DNA of 64,000 nt from the human T2T-CHM13v2.0 reference genome, Homo sapiens. Below, piece by piece: positions 45,799 through 60,599 of the stretch. The DNA lies in NCBI GenBank assembly GCA_009914755.4, contig CP086569.2, forward strand, positions 14,240,001 through 14,304,000, read 5' to 3'. Position numbers and translations under genes: made by a program. The notes below the pieces were generated by a model. It saw only the letters and a program-made list of their open reading frames with translations. It had not been told where the DNA came from and made no database searches. How positions within the stretch are numbered: position 1 is the stretch's first letter; every line of letters starts with the position of its first letter.

Positions 45799-46595
45799 GT
45801 AAAATGAATTTACCAACCCCGTGCTGGGGTCTGACATCTTGCCTGGCAAATACAGACTCTGGAAACATAATTTAAACAGTCATTTAAAAACCAAATGTGG
45901 ACTACAGTAATAAACAAAATCAAATTCTGAGGAGAGGGAAGAAACTGTCTTCTAGAACTGACATCTTAAAATATTTAAAATGTCAAACAAAACATAATGA
46001 ACATGTAAAAAAGCAACAGAGTTGCTTCTTTCAAAAAATAAAGATTTCTGGTTTCCAATTTGGCATTTAAGAAGCTGGAAGTCATCACTCCATCCTAGCA
46101 AAGTAAAAATCCAAACAAGCTGAAAGATCAACAGCTCTTTTTAGATTCATCAGAGAAGTGGGGGTCACAGCACAAGTCAACAAACCCAAAATGGAGGAAA
46201 ATGACAGACCAATGCAGGGAGTAAGGACTGGCCAGAGCAAACACCCCCGAGCACTATCCTCAGAAGGAACCAGTGCTGTCACAGGGAAATCTGAACTGTG
46301 AGTGACAAATTACAGGAGCTCAGCATGGACACATGTGAGAGATACAAATACCAGGGGGACCCAGTTATCTGGGGCACACACATAAATTTCTGAGTTTTAC
46401 CTCCAGTTTCTCACAGTGAATAATGAGGGAAAAAAAATTCTCCCAACCTAGCTATCCTGTCCTGTATCAACACGGGGAAAAAAATCTGAGAAGCACTATG
46501 AAGTTGACAGCTCAGAACAGACTCATTAAAGACTGAAATCTAAATCACAGACCTAAATACAAAGCTCCTCCTCCCCACCACAACTTACCACAACA

Positions 46596-46600
46596 TTAAG

Positions 46601-46640
<40 letters not shown>

Positions 46641-46733
46641 GTATTTATATATATAGATGTGTGTATATAAATATATATATATACATCTAGTATATATATA
46701 TATATACACACATCTATATATATATATATATAG

Positions 46734-46812
<79 letters not shown>
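46596..46812. repeat. Compound, internally palindromic dinucleotide microsatellite (GT)n(AT)n...(CA)n ATC (TA)n GAT (GT)n (TA)n
   Basis: Runs of gtgtgt..., tatata..., and the perfect palindrome acacacatctatatatatatatatatagatgtgtgtgt, followed by 16 GT and ~25 TA units. Confidence 0.95.
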
Positions 46813-47958
46813 TCTAGTAACCAGGTGTGGATATCAAGAAAAAAAATAACCAAAAAGGCAAAAAAACACAGTTGGAAGAGATAGAGCAAGGATCAGAACC
46901 AAACTCAATTATGACACAGATGTTGCGAATATTAGACTAGGAATTTCAGTTAATTGTAATTAAGATCCTAAGAGATTTAACTGATAAAGCAGACAGCAGA
47001 AACAGGTAAAGACAGGAACTCCTAAGAACCAAAGAGAGATGCTAGAGATAGAAAATAATATAATAGAAAAGAAGAATACCTTTGAAGACTTACTGGTAAA
47101 CTAGACAATACTGAGGAAAGAATCTCTCAGCTTGAGATTACCAACCGAAACTTCCTAAATTGAAAAATGAAGAAAAAATGTGAGAAAATGACAAAAAGTG
47201 TAAATTACCTATAACGGGAATTACAGAAAAAGAAACATAAAATATTTGAAACGAAAGTGAGAATATCCACAAATTAATCTCAGACACAAAACCACAGATG
47301 GCGAAAGCTCACAGAACACCAGGCAGAATAAATGCCGACACATTTATACATAGCATATCATTTTCAGACTATACAAAATCAAGATAAAGAAAAATACTGA
47401 AAGAAACTAGAAGGAAAAAAAATTAGACAGCAATGATAAATATTATCTATGTCTTCTCCTTAAAGCAAGAAGTGGAGTAAAATGTCTCTAATGTTTACAG
47501 GGGAAAAGAAAAAAAAAACACCAACCAGGGAGTTTATACCCTGATAAACTGTCCTTCCAAAATGAAGAACACAAAATGACCTACTCAGAAAAATAAAAAA
47601 GGAAAGCAGTTGATGCCAATATACCTGCTTTGTAAAGAATGCTAAAACAAATTATTAGAGAGAAGGAAAGCGACAATGGTCAGAAACTCAATATGCATAA
47701 AGAAAAGAAGAGCATCAAAAAAGGGGTAAGTGGAGGTAATATAAACACTTATAAAAATTCTTAGTTGATCTAACAAATTAACAGTTCATTTTAAAACAAT
47801 ATAAGTGAAATGAATGACAAGAATGATACAGGGAGAGGGAGGTAAAATTAGGATTATTTTATTATTCTAAAGTACTCTCACTACCAGTGAAGGGGTAATG
47901 AGCAATAGTGCTGCTTTATAGTGGACTTCTATTAGTGCACAATTAAGAGTTAAGTGAC

Positions 47959-48246
47959 AGCCTGGGCGTGGTGGCTTACGCCTGTAATCCCAGTACTTTG
48001 AGAGACAGGGTGAGTGGATCACCTGAGCTGAGGAGTTTGAAACCATGATGAAACCCCGTCTCTACTAAAAATGCAAAAATTAGCAGGGCGTGGTGGCGCA
48101 TGCCTGTAATCTTAGCTATTCAGGATGCTAAGGCAAGAGAATTGCCTGAACCCGGGAGGCGGAGGCTGCAGTGAGCAGAGATCACTCCATTGTACTCCAG
48201 CCTAGGCAACAAGAGTGAAACTCTGCTTTGGGTGGGGGAAAAAAAA
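47959..48246 (+). mobile_element. Alu (AluS-like) nested in L1
   Basis: cagcctgggcgtggtggcttacgcctgtaatcccagtactttgagagacagg...gagtgaaactctgctttgggtgggggaaaaaaaa. Confidence 0.85.
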
Positions 48247-49391
48247 GAGTAAGTGACAGTAAGACAGGAGTGAAAATGCAATCTTACATAATGCTCAGTT
48301 AAACCACAAAAAGTGGAAACAAGTCAGAGACAAAAATAGAAACAAAGAAAAAGGCAACAAACAAAACCAGCAGATACTAATCCAATTAAAGTCACATTCC
48401 ACCTAACGACTTTTTCAGTAAATGACAGATTGTGTAAATTACAGTGGTCCCATACAGTTATAATGGACCTGAAAAATTCTTAACCCAGGTGGCATCAGAG
48501 CCATGTTAAAGTCTTAGTGCCGTGGAATACCTGTGTTTGTGGTGATGTCAGTGTAAATAAACTTACTGCACTGCCAGTTGCCTAGAAGTGCAGAATAGTA
48601 TAACATATTCAGCAATGATAATAAATAACCATGTTACTGATTTATGTATTTACTATACTATTTATTGTTATTTTAGAGTATACTCTTCCTACTAATTAAA
48701 AAACCCACTTAAAATATTTTAAAAAATATTAAAAGTAGATGATATGAAAAGATAAAATATATGCTAATTGTAATTTTAAAAAAAGCAGGAAACACAGCAG
48801 ACTTCAAGCCAAGCAACGTTTTCTGGGATAAAGAGCAGCATTACATAGTAACAAAGGAGTCCACTCTCCAAGAAGACATAACAATCCTTAACATTTATGC
48901 ACCTAACAATGGATACATAAGGCAAAAAAAGGCAGACCACCAAGGAAACATAGAGGAATTCAGTAGCTGAGTAGGAGAATTTAATATCAATCAATAAAAA
49001 CATAGAAACAGTGGATATCAAAATCAACAACACCATCAACCAACTGAATATATAGTCATCCCTTGATATTCATGGGGGATTGGTTCTAGTACCCCAGAAG
49101 ATACCAAAATCCACACATACTAAAGCTCCACAAATTACCCTGTGTAACCAGGGTATGTAAGAGTCAACTCTCTGTATCCCTGGGTCTTCATCTCACAAAC
49201 ACTGCATTTTCAACCTCCATTTGTTTTTGGAAGTGTAGCCTGCAGCAGCAGGAGAATACACATTCTTCTTAAATTCAAATAAAACATTCACAAAGTCACA
49301 ACACATTCTGCATCGTAAAATATACCTTAACAAATTTCAAAGAATAAGAAATTATACAACGTGTGGAGGGCAGCTTGAATCTACAAATCAG

Positions 49392-49600
49392 ACTTAAACT
49401 AGAAGTCAATAAAATTAAAAGGACTAATCTTCAAAATAGTTCAAGATTAAATAGCACACTCCTATTAGCTTTAATCTAGGAATCGACAGATGTATAAACT
49501 AGAAGTCAATAAAAGTAAAAGGACTGGTTAATTTCCAAAATAGTTCAAGATTGAATAGCACACTCCTATTATAGCACGAGTAAAAAGATTTCTCAAGAAA
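49392..49600 (+). repeat. ~105-bp tandem duplication (2 copies, ~85% identical)
   Basis: aaactagaagtcaataaaattaaaaggactaatcttcaaaatagttcaagattaaatagcacactcctatta vs aaactagaagtcaataaaagtaaaaggactggttaatttccaaaatagttcaagattgaatagcacactcctatta. Confidence 0.8.
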
Positions 49601-49724
49601 ATAAAACAACATTTTGAATTAAAGGAAAATAAAACTTATAAAAGTTTGTCGGATGGAGCAAAAGCAGTGCTTACAGTGGAATTTACAACACTGAATGCAT
49701 ATATCAAAAAAGAGGACATACTGG

Positions 49725-50315
<591 letters not shown>

Positions 50316-51090
50316 TCACTTATGCATACACCTTAAAAAATGTGAAGGAGCAAATTAGATATAAAAAAATTAAGCAATAAAAATTAGAACAGAATGCAAT
50401 CAAACTGAAAACAGGAAATCAATAAAAAACAAGTCAATGAAACCAAACTAGTTCTGTGAAAAGATCCATACATCAATAATCCCCTACCTTTCAGGCTAAT
50501 AAGAAAAGAAGACACAAATAACTCACTTCAGAAATGAAAGCGCAAATGTAGCTATTGATGCCAATGGACATTAAAAGATAATAAGAGAATGCAATAAAAA
50601 AAAGGCCAAAAAATCTAGAGGAAGTGAACCAACTTCTTGAGAGGCAATTTGCCAAAACTCACATAATCTGAATAAGTAGATATCAAGTAAAAAAAATTCA
50701 AGGCAATAATAAATAATCTTCTAAAAAAGAAGGCTCTAGGCCTACATCAGCTCACTGGTGAATTCTACCAACATTTAAGGGAAGAAACTACAATTCTCTA
50801 CAATCTCTTTAAAGAGAAAGAAATAGAATACTTGCTAACTCATTTTACATGGCCAGTACTACTCTAAATCCAAAATCAGAAAGACATTTCAAGAAACAAA
50901 AACTACAAATCAAAATATCTTATAAATACGATACAAAAATGTTCAGCAAAATATTAGCAAATGAAATACAATAACCTGTTTTGCAATCCAACCAAGTGAG
51001 ATTTATCCCTGATGTGCAGAGACAGTTTAATTGAAAATCAATTAATGTAATCCGTTAAATCAAAAGGCTTAGAAAAAAAATCACACGATG

Positions 51091-51370
51091 GCAGGCCAAG
51101 GGGATCACTGCAATCCCAGCACTATGGGAGGCTGAGGTGGGCAGATGGCTTGAGCTTAGGGGTTCAAGACCAGCCTGGGTAACATGGTGAAATCCTGACT
51201 CTACTAAAAATACAAAAATTAGCCAGGTGTGGTGGTGCATGCCTGTGCTCCCACCTACTCTGGAGGCTGAGGTGGGAGGATTGCTTGAGATTGGGAGGCA
51301 GAGGTTGCAGGGAGCTCAGATCGCACCTCTATACTCTAGCCTGGGCAACAGAGTGAGACCAAATCTCAAA
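51091..51370 (+). mobile_element. Alu (5'-truncated, older)
   Basis: gcaggccaaggggatcactgcaatcccagcactatgggaggctgaggtgggcagatggcttgagc...gagaccaaatctcaaaaaa. Confidence 0.85.
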
Positions 51371-51558
51371 AAATATTAATAGTTAAAAAACAAAAGGTTT
51401 ACAAATTGGGAAGGAAGAAATAAAACTGCTCTCTCCATGGACAACATAAAATATGTAGACAATCTGAAGGAAGTGACAAAAAAACCCTCTTGAAATTAAT
51501 AAGAGATTAACTCACAATTGCATGATCTAAGAGTAATACGAAGAAAGACAACTGTTTC

Positions 51559-51849
<291 letters not shown>

Positions 51850-52151
51850 AACTGTTTCTTATATACCAGCAATGAACTAGTGGAATTTGGAATTAAAAAC
51901 ACAATACTCTTTACATAACATTCCCAAAATAAAGTAGGTATAAATCTAGGAAATATATACAAGATCTATATGAGGAAAATGACAACAATAAAAAAAAATG
52001 ATGAAGATACCAAAGAAAAAATAGAGAAATATTCCTGGATGAGAAGACTCAATTCTAACAAGTTATTACACTTTGTAGATATAAACTGATATTAATGTTT
52101 ACAGGAAGAGATATATTTGTAGTACGTACTGCCTTAGAATATTGTACAATT

Positions 52152-52410
52152 TTCTTTTCTGTCTTGCTCTGTCTTCGAGACTGAAGGGCAGCGATCAAAG
52201 TTAACTATAATCTCCAACTCCTGGGCTCAAACAATGTGCCCACTTCAGCCTACTGAATATCTAGGAGAGAGGTGTGCACCCCTACACCTGGCTAATTTTT
52301 GTACTTTTTGCTATGTCGCCCAGTCTGGTCTTGAACTTTTGGCCTCAAAGAATTCTCTCATCCTAGCCCCCAAAGTGCTGAGACTACAGAAATGAACCAC
52401 TGCATCTAGC
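52152..52410 (-). mobile_element. Old Alu (AluJ/FLAM-like)
   Basis: ctgtcttcgagactgaagggcagcgatcaaagttaactataatctccaactcctgggctcaaacaatg...caaagtgctgagactacagaaatgaaccactgcatctagc. Confidence 0.7.
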
Positions 52411-52435
52411 TAAAAAAATTTTTTTCAAAACTTTT

Positions 52436-52555
52436 TGTAAAGACAGAGTCTTGCTATGTTACCCAAGCTGGTCTCATACTCCTGGCCTCAAGGGATCCTC
52501 TGACCTCAGCCTCTCAAAGCACTGGGATTACAGGTGTGAGCCACTAAGCCTGGCA
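52436..52555 (-). mobile_element. Alu left-monomer fragment
   Basis: agacagagtcttgctatgttacccaagctggtctcatactcctggcctcaagggatcctctgacctcagcctctcaaagcactgggattacaggtgtgagccactaagcctggc. Confidence 0.75.
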
Positions 52556-52778
52556 ATTCTTCTGTGTCTCAATCTCTGTTCACATAGAGCTCTCCAGAAT
52601 AGATTTTTGTGAGCTATTTTAATTTCTCTAATAATGATTATTTCACCTTTGCCATTTCTTATGTTGTAGACACATGCAACTTCTTTTTCTTGAAGCAATT
52701 TTTGAAATGTTCTGTCTGCTTTTATTCACTGAGGGAAGAACATTAAGGCATACTTTCTAAAAGTTTCTTCATTATTAA

Positions 52779-53108
<330 letters not shown>

Positions 53109-53404
53109 CTATTTCATTTATATCCCATTCCAAGTATTTTCTTATAATATCTTTATGTTCAGTTATACTTAAATTCATAGAATAAGACTATGTCTAACAT
53201 AATATTCTTTTACATAAAAACTGGATCTGGCTTACCTCTGACAGAATTTTTGTGTCTGTCTATATGAATAAAATCTGTTTTTTTTGTACCAAAATTTAAT
53301 ACCAAAACTTTTGGTGCTAAAACTAATTCTAGTTTAGAATTAGTTTGGTGCTAAAACTAATTCTAAATTATGATTTACTTTAAGAAATAATGAAGGCTGG
53401 GAAT

Positions 53405-53706
53405 GGTGGTTATTAATCCTGTAATCCCAGCACTTTGGGAGGCTGAGGTGGGCGGGCGGATCTATTTGAGGTTAGGAGTAGATCCTAACCAACGTCTGAC
53501 CAACATGGCAAAACCCTGTATCTACAAAAATACAAAACTTAGCCGGGGATGGTGGCACATGCCTGTAATCCCATGTGCCTGCAATCCCAGCTGTTCTGGA
53601 GGGTGAGGCAGGAGAACTGCTTGAATATGGGAGGAGGAGGTTGCAGTGAGCTAAGACTGCGCCACTGCCCTCCAACCTGGGTGACAGAGCAAGACTCCGT
53701 CAAAAT
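53405..53706 (+). mobile_element. Alu (AluS-like, diverged)
   Basis: ggctgggaatggtggttattaatcctgtaatcccagcactttgggaggctgaggtgggcgggcggatc...gagcaagactccgtcaaaataaac. Confidence 0.85.
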
Positions 53707-54219
53707 AAACTAACAAACATACATTTCATTCATGTTTAAAATGGCTTAAATGAAGAATTATTCACAGTAACATTATTTCTAATTTTCACAATTATTAATT
53801 AAACTGGTCAAAGTAGATCACTGACATACCATACAGCTCTACTTGTACTAATAGTAACTTACAAAACATAAGTTAAAAAAAAAACAACAAAAAAACTTCA
53901 GAGTCAGAGTATGCTCACAGGCTACATATAATTTGAATAAAGGAAAACAAAAACAAATTATACAAATACATGTGTGAATTTACCTAAACAAAAGAGTTTT
54001 GTACAATACTCAAATAACTATTAACACAGGTGGCTTTGGTAATAAATATAGTTAGAGGCAGAGGGAAGAAGAATTCACAGACCCTTTTTCTTTTCATTTT
54101 GTACAAACACATTCAAAATTATGCAGCATTATAGTAACAAAATGAATGTTAAAATATCACTAGTTTCTAAATCTGAAAGACTAGTCAGAAAAGGTTTTCC
54201 TTTTAAAATTTTTATATTA

Positions 54220-54530
<311 letters not shown>

Positions 54531-55399
54531 TTTAATTTCTATGAATAAGACTGGAGCAGCAACTTGCCCACTCAAGTTTTCTACTTCTGGGTAAAATTTC
54601 ATCATTTATGTTCTGCTAGGAAAAAGCTTCTAGATTTTCAAACTTGTTATATTTTTATACAATAGTTCTAAAATATCTTCTATTAACACATCTGTAACCC
54701 TGTAGCAAATTTCTCCAACACTACTTTTAACATTTTTCATTTTTTTCATCTGTGAGAAATATCCATTTGATCTTTTCAAGGATTCAACTTCTGGATTCAT
54801 TTAGGTAATTTCTAAATACAAAACTAAAATAAAGTAGGCTTAAGGAGATTTACTATGTTAAAAACATGTACAAATAACACCAAAAGAAGTAACAATAGAT
54901 GATGAAATGCTCCAGTTATCTTATCAAAATGAACAAAAAATATCCAAGAAGAAAACTAACATAGATGTTACTGCATGTTGCATGCAAATAGCATTTGTAG
55001 ATACTTATGTTATACATGTGTCTTTAAACATTTCACAACATGCATTATAGTAAAGGTCAAATAACATTCCATTGTGTATATATTTAGATACACCCTCCCC
55101 TGTTTTCTTCATCCATTCATCTTTCAATGGCCATGTAGTTTGTTTCTTGGCTACTGCAAATAATACTACAATTAGTATGAAGTGCAGACAGATGCTGATG
55201 TTGTTTCCTTTGGATATATACGAAGTGAATGGCTGGATTATATGGTAGCTCTATTTTTAATTTTTTAAGTAACCTTCATCTGTTTTCCATAATGGCTGTA
55301 CCAATTTATATCCCCCACCAGGACTGTATGGTTTGTTCTCTTTTCTCCACATCCTCAGTATCACTTTTAACTTTTTGATTAACATCCACTGATGTAGTT

Positions 55400-55740
55400 A
55401 GGCTTTGTGCCCCCACCCAAATCTCATCTTCAATTGTAATCTCCACAAATACCCACGTGTCAAGGGAGACCAGGTGCATGGGGGTGGTTTCCTCCATGCT
55501 GTTCTTGTGATAGTGAGTTCTCACAAGATCTAATGATTTTATTGGGCTCTTCCGTCTCTGCTTGACAATTCTCCTGCCGCCTTGTGAAGAAGTGCCTTGC
55601 TTTCCCTCACCTTCTGCCATGATTCTAAGTTTCCAGAGGCCTTCCAGCCATGTAGTACTGTGAGTCAATTAAACCTCTTTCTAAATTTCCCAGTCTTGGG
55701 TATGTCTTTATCAGCAGTATGAAAACTGACTAATAAAGCC
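55400..55740 (+). mobile_element. MaLR LTR (THE1/MST-like)
   Basis: ggctttgtgcccccacccaaatctcatcttcaattgtaatctccacaaatacccacgtgtcaagggagaccaggtg...gccatgattctaagtttccagaggccttccagccatgtagtactgtgagtcaattaaacctctttct...cccagtcttgggtatgtctttatcagcagtatgaaaactgactaataaa matches the THE1B-type consensus. Confidence 0.75.
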
Positions 55741-55744
55741 ATCC

Positions 55745-57420
55745 TAAGATATGAGGTGATATTTCATGATGGATTTGATTTGAAATTCCCTGATTAGTTC
55801 TACTAAGCAGTGTGTCATATACCTGTTGACCATTACTATACTTTCTTTGGAAAAATGTCTATCCAGGTCCTTTTGCCCACTTTTACTTGTAGGTTACTTT
55901 TTGGTTACTAAGTAATATGAGTTTTGGAGATATTTGGGGTATTAACCCTTATTGGAATTTATGGTTGGCAAGTACCATCTCCCAAACTCCCAGGATGCTT
56001 TTAACTTTGTTGATTGCTTTCTTTGCTGTATACAAGCTTTTCAGTTTGATGCAATCCACCTATTTTTGCTTTTATTACCTATGTCTTTAGTGCCACATCC
56101 AGAAAAATCACTGCTAAGATCAATGTCATGCAGCTTTCCCTGCTCTTTTCTTCTATTATGGTTTTAAGTCTTATGTTTATAAGTCCTCAATTCATTTTGA
56201 GTTGCTTTTTGTGTATGATGTAAGATAAAAATCTAATTCCATTTTTATATATGTGGATGTCCAGTTTTCCCCAAAAAAGACTATCCTTTTCCACTGTATT
56301 TTCTTGGATCCTTTGTCAAATACCAGCTGACCCTATCTATGTGGGGTTTTCTTCCAGGCTTTGTATAAAGTACCATTGTTCTATGTATTTTTTTACATAC
56401 CAGTCACTATCTTACCATTTTCATTACTGTCGCTTTGTAACGTACTCTGAAATTAGGAAGTGTAATGGCCCAGCCTTGTTTATCTTGTCCAAGATTCCTT
56501 TAGTTCTTCAGGGTGTCTTTTGATTCCACACAAATTTTACAATAGTTTTTTGTATTTCTGTGCAAATGCCATTGGAATTGTGAGACATCACTTAGTGTAG
56601 TATGCACATTATGATAAATACTGATTCTTCTAATCCATGAACGTGGAGAGACCTTGCTATTTATTTCTGTCATCTTCAGCTTCCTTCACGGATGTTTAAC
56701 ATATTTCAGGCTACAGATCTTTCCATTTCTTTTGGGGATGATTCATTATTAACACATACAAATACTATGATATCTGTATGTTAATTTTGTATCCTGAAGC
56801 TTTAATAAATTTGTTTTTTTTCTTTTTGGTTCTAATAATTTTTCCTGGAGGTGTTAATTAGGTTTTTTTTTCATCTATATGATCATGACTTCTGCAAACC
56901 AAGACTTCTTTTCCTTTTTCTTCCCAATAAGTATTTCTCTATCTCTTCATCATAACTAACTGCTCTGGCTAGGACTTCTAGTACTATGTGGAACAGGAGT
57001 ACTAAAAGTGAGCATCCTTGTCTTGCTCCTGATTTTAGTGAAAAAGCTTTCCATTATCCCCAATAGAGTATGATGTTAACTACAGATCTGTGATATATGG
57101 CCTTAATTATATTGAGATACATTCCTTATGTAATACATTGAGAATTTTTATCATGAGACAACATTGAGTTTTTGTCAAATGCTTTTAATCCAGCCACTGA
57201 GATAATCATATAATCATCTGTCTTTTATGTTTATGTAGTATATCACACTGATTAGTTTGCAATGTTTGCATGATCATTACATCCTATGGATAATTCCCTC
57301 TTGATCATAGTATGTTAGCCTTTCAATGTGTAACTGAATTTTATTTTTTAGTACTTTTATCTCGTTAGTATTTTTGCTGGTATTTTGTTAAGAACTTACA
57401 CTGATTTTAGCAATTAATGT
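55745..57420 (-). mobile_element. LINE-1 ORF2 3' portion in antisense orientation
   Basis: Reverse complement reads as L1 ORF2 C-terminal region (consensus-like blocks: ...ctgctctggctaggacttctagtactatgtggaacaggagtactaaaagtgagcatccttgtcttgctcctgattttag..., ...catgaacgtggagagaccttgctatttatttctgtcatcttcagcttcc...). Confidence 0.7.
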
Positions 57421-58104
57421 AATCATCATAACAACACAGTAAGGGTAAACCTTATGTTTATCCAAAAAGCTACAAAGCCTATTTAACTGGCTACTGAAAG
57501 ATTAAGAAAAAGAAAAGCTCAGCAAATTTAAGAAAATGTAATTATCAGGTGACAGAAGATACTAAAAGTATATGAGAAAACGTAGTTGACAGTCTTTCAT
57601 TCACGGGTTAAAAATTAGGAAAACCAAAAGAACCTACATATGTACTCACACAATACTACATTTTATATTTCAGCCTACTTATGGAAGACAAATGCTTGTA
57701 ACAGAATTTTTTAAATGAGGAGGACATTCCTATATTAACAAGGTATCACTGAGATAAAGAATTCCACTGAATATGTCCACTAACATGAAGTTACCATATG
57801 AAAGCACACTACCCATTTTTCCACTTCTGAGAAGACTCTACTCAGTTTACATTTCATGTCCCCACTCTATTTTACTGACCACTACTACACAAACAGGTAT
57901 AGTCTAATTTTTAAAGATTCAAATATAAAAATTCTGTAACTTCAGTGATTACTCACTGAATAATTTTTTATATTTGTATCTTTAAAAATTACACTGTCAT
58001 TTAAAATTCATACATTTCTTTCCTTTGATACAAATTGAGATTATTTTAATATCTTCAACTGTACAAACAATACTAATAGGTAGAATGCATTTAAAATTAG
58101 TTCC

Positions 58105-58480
58105 TCCGTATCACGTGATATGTGTCCGCACCCAAATCTCACCTTGAATTGTAGTTCCCATAATCCCCATGTACCATGGGAGGGACCCAGTGGGAGATAT
58201 TAATAATTTAATAATGGGGGCAGTTACCCTCATGCTATTCTCATGATACTGAGTTCTCACAAGATCTGGTGGTTTTATACAGGACTTTTTCCCCACTGCT
58301 CACCATTTCTCCTTCCTGTCACCATGTAAAAGAAGGATGTGTTTGTTTCTCCTTCCACCATGACTGTAAGTTTCTTGAGGCCTCCCCAGCCATGCTGAAT
58401 TCTGAGTCAATTAAACCTCTTTCCTTCATAAATTACCTAGTTTTGCGGATGTCTTTATTAGCAGCATGAGAATAGACTAA
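58105..58480 (+). mobile_element. MaLR LTR (THE1/MST-like)
   Basis: tgtgtccgcacccaaatctcaccttgaattgtagttcccataatccccatgtaccatgggagggacccagtgggagat...caccatgactgtaagtttcttgaggcctccccagccatgctgaattctgagtcaattaaacctctttccttcataaattacctagttttgcggatgtctttattagcagcatgagaatagactaacaca. Confidence 0.8.
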
Positions 58481-58595
58481 CACATCAGGCATGTTTAATG
58501 TTAGAATCAAACACAGTTTCAAGATATTTTACTGTCAAGTATAATTTTCACCAGCTCTTCTCATTTATTGGGGTCATAAAAAATTATCTAACTGG

Positions 58596-58890
58596 GGCCA
58601 AGCACAGTGGCTCACACCTGTAATCCCAGCACTTTGTGAGGCTGAAGCGTGAGGATCACTTTGTCCCTGGTGTTTTGAGATCAGCTTTAAAAACACAGCA
58701 AGACCCTATCTGTAATAAAAATTAAAATAAACTGGCTTGGAATGCTAGCAGTCCTAGTTACTCCAGGGGCTGAAGAGGGAGGATGGCTTGAGCCCAGGAG
58801 TTCAAGGCTGCAGTAAACTAAAATTGTCCCCTTAATGCACTCCAGCTTGGGCAACAAGGGACACCTGGTCTCTTAAAAAATAAAATAATA
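58596..58890 (+). mobile_element. Old Alu (AluJ-like)
   Basis: ggccaagcacagtggctcacacctgtaatcccagcactttgtgaggctgaagcgtgaggatcac...cactccagcttgggcaacaagggacacctggtctcttaaaaaataaaataataaaa. Confidence 0.8.
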
Positions 58891-59574
58891 AAATTACTTT
58901 TCCTATATCAAAAGACTAAGAAAATGTTTTTAAAAGAGCAACAACATAATACATGAAAAAAAGACATACCCAAAACGTGGAATGGCAGGTTATGAATTTT
59001 TATTCATGACACTCATGTAAAAAGATGGGCAATTCTTAACCCATTTATGCCTAGTGTTCCACTATTGGAACGCTAAGCATGCGGGGGTTACTTATATCCT
59101 ATTGCTTAAGGTCATCGCCAAGGTACGACTGCAAAAATTCAAAAAATTGCAACCTCCAGCATAAATGGATTTAAATGCATTTTGTAAAACAAAATCAATC
59201 CCTAGGTTATAATATCCCAACCTGAAGGTATATCAACTTTGATTCAATGAATCTCTAAGGCCACCGTGTGTACCTTGTGGAGCACAGGGAGAAGTGAAGT
59301 AGAGAAACAAACAGATAATTCTTAAAAACTTCCCATGAAGCTTGTCACAGATGAGTTAAAGAACCAGCCAGTTAAATGTTCTATATCTTACTACATCTCA
59401 TAGTAATATGAAAAATGGAAAATACCAGCATCTTTCCTGTCTTGGATAAAATTCTGCATCAAATCTACTTCTCTACATCACTATTTTCTACTTGTACTAG
59501 AAACATAAGGGTAGACCTAAAAAATTACATATGTGTGTAATAAGCTTCCCCCACCATGAAATTCTGTTTGTTTT

Positions 59575-59846
59575 TTTCTCCTTAAGACAGGGTCTCACTC
59601 TGCCGCAGAAGCTGGAGTGCAGTATCACACCACACTGCAGCCTCTGACTCTTCAAGCAGACTTTCAGTCTCAGCTCTGAAAGTAGCTGCAACTACAGGCA
59701 CATGCCACTACACTTGGCTAACTACTAATTGTAGAGACCAGTCTCACTATGCCCAGGCTGGTCTCAAACTCCTGGGCTAAAGAGGTATTCCTGCATCAGC
59801 CTCTCAAAATGCTGCAATTAAGACATGAGCCACCATGCCCAACATG
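59575..59846 (-). mobile_element. Old Alu (AluJ-like)
   Basis: tttttttctccttaagacagggtctcactctgccgcagaagctggagtgcagtatcacaccacactgcagcc...ctctcaaaatgctgcaattaagacatgagccaccatgcccaac. Confidence 0.8.
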
Positions 59847-60564
59847 GTTATTAAATCTCTCTTTATTTCACAATTTAAATTCAAAATGTTCAGCTACTCA
59901 TAATATGAAAAAATGCTACCCATTTTTTTAAGTCTACCAACTCCACCACAAACTGTAAATCTGTATGTTACAGTTTAAATATTATAATAAAATCTGCTAT
60001 ACAAAGCAAAATATTTTTTTAAAAAGCTGAAATAACTTTAAAAACAAACAGCCTTGAACTAATGGTAACTATCATTTGAAATGGTATGATGCTTAAAAGA
60101 TACCTCAGTCTTAAAGAAAAACAGAAAACTTCAATAACAGTGACTTATTACAATCATTCATGAAAATTTTAAAAGAAAAGTAGACATTACATGCAGGGTT
60201 ACATGAAAGCTTCTAAATAAAGGTATAGAGGCAAATTACATTAAGTCAAAGCACTGCATACATAGCAAGTATTGTATTTAGGAAATAAAATACACAGTTT
60301 AAGGTAGTTACACAAACTGCTATATATATATATATTAAGTACAAATCTCAAATGCCTTCATTTGTCTTTAACAATTTGTTCACTAAAAATTTCAAACACA
60401 TTTAATGAGGAGTAGAATACAAAATACATGCAAGAGTATAATACCCACAACTCAAATCGTCTAATATATTTATTTCATTTAAAGCCTGATATTTTCAAGT
60501 ACATTTCATTTCATCTAAAGCATAGGTGACTGTTTCATTCTTGTTCTTAAGTTAAAACACTTAC

Positions 60565-60599
60565 CTGGGTTTCATACAAATGGGCAATATGAAATTGAA
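60565..60599 (-). CDS. UTY: UTY coding micro-exon (35 nt, phase 1 start): (I)QFHIAHLYETQ
   Basis: Acceptor ccattgcag|TTCAATTTC with an in-frame TGA 9 nt upstream, so it cannot extend. Donor CAG|gtaagtg. With the upstream exon's final A it encodes EIQFHIAHLYETQ as in KDM6A, and joins in phase to [10 protein letters not shown]. Confidence 0.75.

Noticed and set aside
46596-46812. Regularly spaced short repeats superficially reminiscent of a repeat array
   Set aside because: It is a dinucleotide compound microsatellite with no spacer structure, no CRISPR-like repeat-spacer periodicity, and in a eukaryotic context.
55306-55668. 120-aa minus-strand ORF
   Set aside because: It falls within a MaLR/THE1-type LTR, whose consensus contains such open frames. 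There is no coding evidence.
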